From contig OZ241744.1 in assembly GCA_965200965.1 (NCBI GenBank), positions 1 to 64,000 on the forward strand: 64,000 nt of DNA, given 5' to 3'. Positions 60,613 through 64,000 of this stretch are shown piece by piece; the first letter of the stretch is position 1, and every line of letters begins with the position of its first letter. The DNA is from an uncultured Candidatus Binatia bacterium. Its GTDB lineage: Bacteria > Desulfobacterota > Binatia > Bin18. The notes under the pieces were generated by a model. It was not told where the DNA came from. It did no database searches and was given only the letters and a program-made list of their open reading frames with translations. The position numbers and the translations under genes are program-made.

Positions 60613-62908
60613 TCCAGAGTATGCGAATACGCCGGCCTCAGACCAGCGTCCCGCCTATGGCTATGGTCCGGCCGACCCGACTGCCCCTCCCGCGGCGACC
60701 ATTGTGACGCCGTTTTACAACACCGGGCCGATTTTTCATGAAACCGCTCGCTCTGTCATGCGCCAGTCCTTCCAGCAGTGGGAATGGCTCATCGTCAATG
60801 ATGGTTCAACCCAGGCTGACGCCGTGGCCCTGCTCAACGAATACCGTGCTCGAGAGGCGCGTATTCGCGTGATTGACCACGGTTACAATCGCGGCTTGAG
60901 CGCCGCCCGTAATACCGGTTTTCAGGCGGCCCGGACCCCCTATGTCATTCAACTCGATAGCGATGACCTGTTGGAGCCAACCGCCATTGAGAAGTGCCTG
61001 TGGTTCCTGGAGTCCTATCCCGAGTACGCCTTTGCGAAGGGGTATACCGTCGGCTTTGAGGCACAGACCTATCTGTGGCAGCACGGTTTTCATAGTGGCC
61101 AGGCCTTTTTGCAAGAAAACAGGGTGGCGGCTAGCAGTGTGGTGCGGACAGCGGTCCACCGCGCGGTTGGCGGCTATGACAGAACATTTCAGAGCGGGTT
61201 TGAGGATTGGGATTTCTGGCTGCGATGTGCCAGCCAGGGCCATTGGGGGGGGACGCTGCCAGAGTATCTGGATTGGTACCGCCGCCGCGAGTCCCATCAG
61301 GACCGCTGGGCTGACTGGAACCAGCCCCAGCAGGTCAAGCGCCAGCTCCGACAGCGCTATCCCCGGCTGTGGGCCGGGCAGTTTCCGCACATCCAGCCGG
61401 AGTGGCATCGGGCCTATACGCGCGTACCGGACCACTTCCCGTGGGACAATCGTCTGGAGAAGGACAAGCCGCGCCTCCTGATGATCCTGCCCTGGCTTAC
61501 GGTTGGCGGGGCCGATAAGTTTAATCTCGATGCCCTCGAACTGTTGACCGGCCAGGGCTGGGAAGTGTCCATCGCCGCCACCCTGACCGGAGATTCGTCC
61601 TGGCTGCCAGAGTTTGCCCGTTTTACCCCCGATATTTTTGTCCTGCCCCATTTTTTGCGTCTGACGGACTATCCGCGTTTCCTGTGCGCCCTGATCCACT
61701 CTCGCCAGGTTGATGTCGTGATGATCTCGAACAGCGAATTTGCCTATCTCCTCTTACCCTATCTCCGCTCTCGGTGCCCCGGGGTCGCCTTTGTCGATTA
61801 CTGTCATATGGAGGAAGAAGCGTGGAAGAGCGGGGGCTACCCGCGTTTAGCCGTTGCCTATCAGGACATGCTTGATCTCAATATCGTTTCATCGCGGCAT
61901 CTTCGCCACTGGATGGAAAAACGCGGAGCCGATGCGGAGCGTATTCAGGTGTGTTATACCAATGTTGACGCGGAAAAATGGCGGCCGACAGCCGCGGCCA
62001 GTGGGCCGTCTGTCCGGCGCGCACTGGATATTGCCGACGATACGCCTCTCCTGCTGTACGCGGCGCGCATTTGTGAGCAAAAGCAGCCCCGCGTCTTTGC
62101 CCAGAGCCTGCTCCGCCTCCGCCAGACCACGACAGACTGGGCCGCGGTCGTGGCCGGTGACGGCCCAGAGGCTGGCTGGTTGGGCGGCTTTATCAAACGC
62201 CACCGGCTGGGCAGGCATGTCCGCTTGCTGGGTGCCGTCCCAAACGACTCCGTTCGTCAGATCATGGTCGAGGCCGACATTTTTTTCCTGCCTTCACAGT
62301 GGGAGGGGATCGCGCTGTCTGTCTATGAAGCGATGGCGTGTGGGCTGCCCATTGTTGGGGCCGATGTGGGCGGGCAGCGGGAACTCGTCACGCCGGAGTG
62401 TGGCGTCTTGATTGCCCGCGCGACCCCGGAGGCCGAAGCCGAGACCTACGCCGCCGCCCTCGCTGAGCTGATCGCCCAGCCCGCCCGTCGCCACCGCATG
62501 GGCCAGGCTGGCCGCCAGCGGGTACAGAGCGCGTTTCGCCTGGAAGACTTGGCTACGCGGCTGGCGCAGCTCTTTCGAGAAGCCCAACACCGGCATACGA
62601 CACAGCCACGTCCCATGCCCCATCCCAGTCTGGCCCGGATCTGCGCCGGCCAAGCGGTCGAGTATACCCGCTTGACGAGTGTGGCCGAGGAGTTGTGGCA
62701 GGAGCGTGGCCAGGCGAGGTCGGCCACCCCCGGCCTTTCGCCCCTTGGGAGCGTTGGGCTGCCGGGTGTGCCGTGGCGGACCCGGCTCTACTTTGCCCTC
62801 CGGCGTCTCTTGTTCCCGTCGTATCGGCTGGCCATGAACCACAGGTGGGGCGTGAGGCTCAAAGACACGCTGAAACGCTTTGTGCTGGGACCCGGCCACA
62901 CGGGCTAG
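60596..62908 (+). CDS. GT2-GT4 fusion glycosyltransferase
   Basis: GT2: VNDGST, SAARNTG, LDSDD, EDWDFWLR. GT4: GGADKFN, PSQWEGI..SVYEAMACGLP. Confidence 0.88.
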   Translation: MIDPTDPEYANTPASDQRPAYGYGPADPTAPPAATIVTPFYNTGPIFHETARSVMRQSFQQWEWLIVNDGSTQADAVALLNEYRAREARIRVIDHGYNRGLSAARNTGFQAARTPYVIQLDSDDLLEPTAIEKCLWFLESYPEYAFAKGYTVGFEAQTYLWQHGFHSGQAFLQENRVAASSVVRTAVHRAVGGYDRTFQSGFEDWDFWLRCASQGHWGGTLPEYLDWYRRRESHQDRWADWNQPQQVKRQLRQRYPRLWAGQFPHIQPEWHRAYTRVPDHFPWDNRLEKDKPRLLMILPWLTVGGADKFNLDALELLTGQGWEVSIAATLTGDSSWLPEFARFTPDIFVLPHFLRLTDYPRFLCALIHSRQVDVVMISNSEFAYLLLPYLRSRCPGVAFVDYCHMEEEAWKSGGYPRLAVAYQDMLDLNIVSSRHLRHWMEKRGADAERIQVCYTNVDAEKWRPTAAASGPSVRRALDIADDTPLLLYAARICEQKQPRVFAQSLLRLRQTTTDWAAVVAGDGPEAGWLGGFIKRHRLGRHVRLLGAVPNDSVRQIMVEADIFFLPSQWEGIALSVYEAMACGLPIVGADVGGQRELVTPECGVLIARATPEAEAETYAAALAELIAQPARRHRMGQAGRQRVQSAFRLEDLATRLAQLFREAQHRHTTQPRPMPHPSLARICAGQAVEYTRLTSVAEELWQERGQARSATPGLSPLGSVGLPGVPWRTRLYFALRRLLFPSYRLAMNHRWGVRLKDTLKRFVLGPGHTG

Positions 62909-62954
62909 AGCATGCCACTTGACAGCCTTGGGTTGCCGGTCCCCACAGATAGCC

Positions 62955-64000
62955 TCACTCAATGTAGCCCAGTTCCGAAGCGATGCCCCCAGAGATGGCA
63001 AAGACCCGCACTTCACCACCGCCGACAAAAGGCTCGGCTGGTAAGGATATACGAAAGCCTGAGGTGGCCAACGCTGGCTGGCCGAGCCACTCGGCAATAT
63101 CCGGGCGAGAGATGTTCGTTGGGCCGGCATGGTGAAATGCGCCGTTCAGAAAAATAAGAATGCGCTCGGCCACCCGCCCGTGCTTTTCGTCAACCGCCCA
63201 GCCCTTGAGCAAGACGGAGTGCTCAGAAAACCGAGGGGGCTCAAGGTAGCCTCGGAGTGCGTGGGGACGAATGGGAAAGGTTGTCCCGTCTGAGGCCACC
63301 ACTGCGGTCTGGGCCAAGCGGTAGTGGACTCTGGCGGGGCAGGCCAAGGCTGTCCGGCCGGCAGCCTCGGTGATAACACACACCTCAACCGTATTGCGGC
63401 CCGCCCGAAAAGCGGCTTCCGGGACAAGGGCCGACCAGCTCCCGGGCCGGCCGTACACTGGAACGCTCCACGGCTGCGTCGTCGCCTGGATCGTGCCATT
63501 GACCGCCACAGCAAGGGAGAAGGGCGAGTCGCCATTGAGCGGCGGAGAGACCCCGCCGGTGATATGAGCGGGCACGAAGTCGGATTGGGGGTCCACCGTG
63601 GCAAAGCGATCAGGCCGGTCAATCTCAATCTGGACCTTGGTGTGGACGCTGCCGAACTCTTCAAGCCGGTGGCCGAGGAGTTGTGGGGTGGGGCCGGGGG
63701 CAGGTGGAAAGGGCGTCTCAGAGCCAAACAGACGGTGCTGACGCTGGACTGCGCGCTCTCGGGCCTTGGCTAAGCCGTCGAAGGTCACGGTTCTGCCATG
63801 ATCTGCAAAAATCCGGCGTCTCCGCTCGGGGCACGGCCCCAAGGCCGAGCAGCCATCGGCTTCCCAGGGCAGTTCCACCCCGAGCATGGCGGCAAGGGTC
63901 GGCAGAATATCAATCGTTTCCAGCGGCCTGTCGTTGATGCGGCCTGTCCGTTGGAAGGGGGCTTTGATGAAGAGGGGGACGGGCATAATGTCTTGGAAGG
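62955..64000 (-). CDS. Sulfatase-like hydrolase/transferase, C-terminal part (truncated by the window end)
   Basis: VPLFIKAP...G......ETIDILPTLA..LG......DG.S (end of the alkaline-phosphatase-superfamily core), followed by Ig-like domains (GWAVD...RPDIA). Confidence 0.7.
   Translation of the reverse strand, partial: FQDIMPVPLFIKAPFQRTGRINDRPLETIDILPTLAAMLGVELPWEADGCSALGPCPERRRRIFADHGRTVTFDGLAKARERAVQRQHRLFGSETPFPPAPGPTPQLLGHRLEEFGSVHTKVQIEIDRPDRFATVDPQSDFVPAHITGGVSPPLNGDSPFSLAVAVNGTIQATTQPWSVPVYGRPGSWSALVPEAAFRAGRNTVEVCVITEAAGRTALACPARVHYRLAQTAVVASDGTTFPIRPHALRGYLEPPRFSEHSVLLKGWAVDEKHGRVAERILIFLNGAFHHAGPTNISRPDIAEWLGQPALATSGFRISLPAEPFVGGGEVRVFAISGGIASELGYIE

Overview
GC-rich bacterial chromosome segment with a deltaproteobacterial-type gene order. 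The lineage is inferred only; it could be a Binatia-like organism. From 1 to about 43 kb it is mostly housekeeping. It holds a trimmed yceD-plsX-fabD-fabG-acpP-glyA-nrdR-ribD-ribBA-ribH-nusB-leuS superoperon, an acyl-CoA catabolic cluster (YCF48-like lipoprotein, SDR, HMG-CoA-synthase-like/DUF35 fusion, thiolase, acyl-CoA dehydrogenase), monomeric icd, sua5, speA/aguB/aguA, ligA, polA, pgsA, nadB, purBSQLF, lpxA, yacG, three tRNAs and a stand-alone 5S rRNA gene. From 43.1 to 64 kb is a cell-envelope locus: a reduced type II secretion cluster (F, G, L, M, C/N-like, D; no E or H-K) converging on a secreted protein that resembles an S-layer/cell-surface family and a small lipoprotein, then a Wzm/Wzt glycan export operon with methyltransferases, multidomain glycosyltransferases and a sulfatase-like gene. 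Main highlights: (1) a putative dedicated S-layer secretion and glycan locus; (2) an orphan 5S rRNA; (3) RibBA with an apparently dead DHBP-synthase domain and no ribE; (4) a PhlA/PhlB-like fusion next to a thiolase; (5) an orphan toxin-tip remnant plus SMI1/KNR4 immunity gene; (6) an exact 105-bp duplication in a GT coiled-coil tail; (7) a long speA leader and a leaderless aguB. All family calls come from motif recognition by eye; no searches were run.
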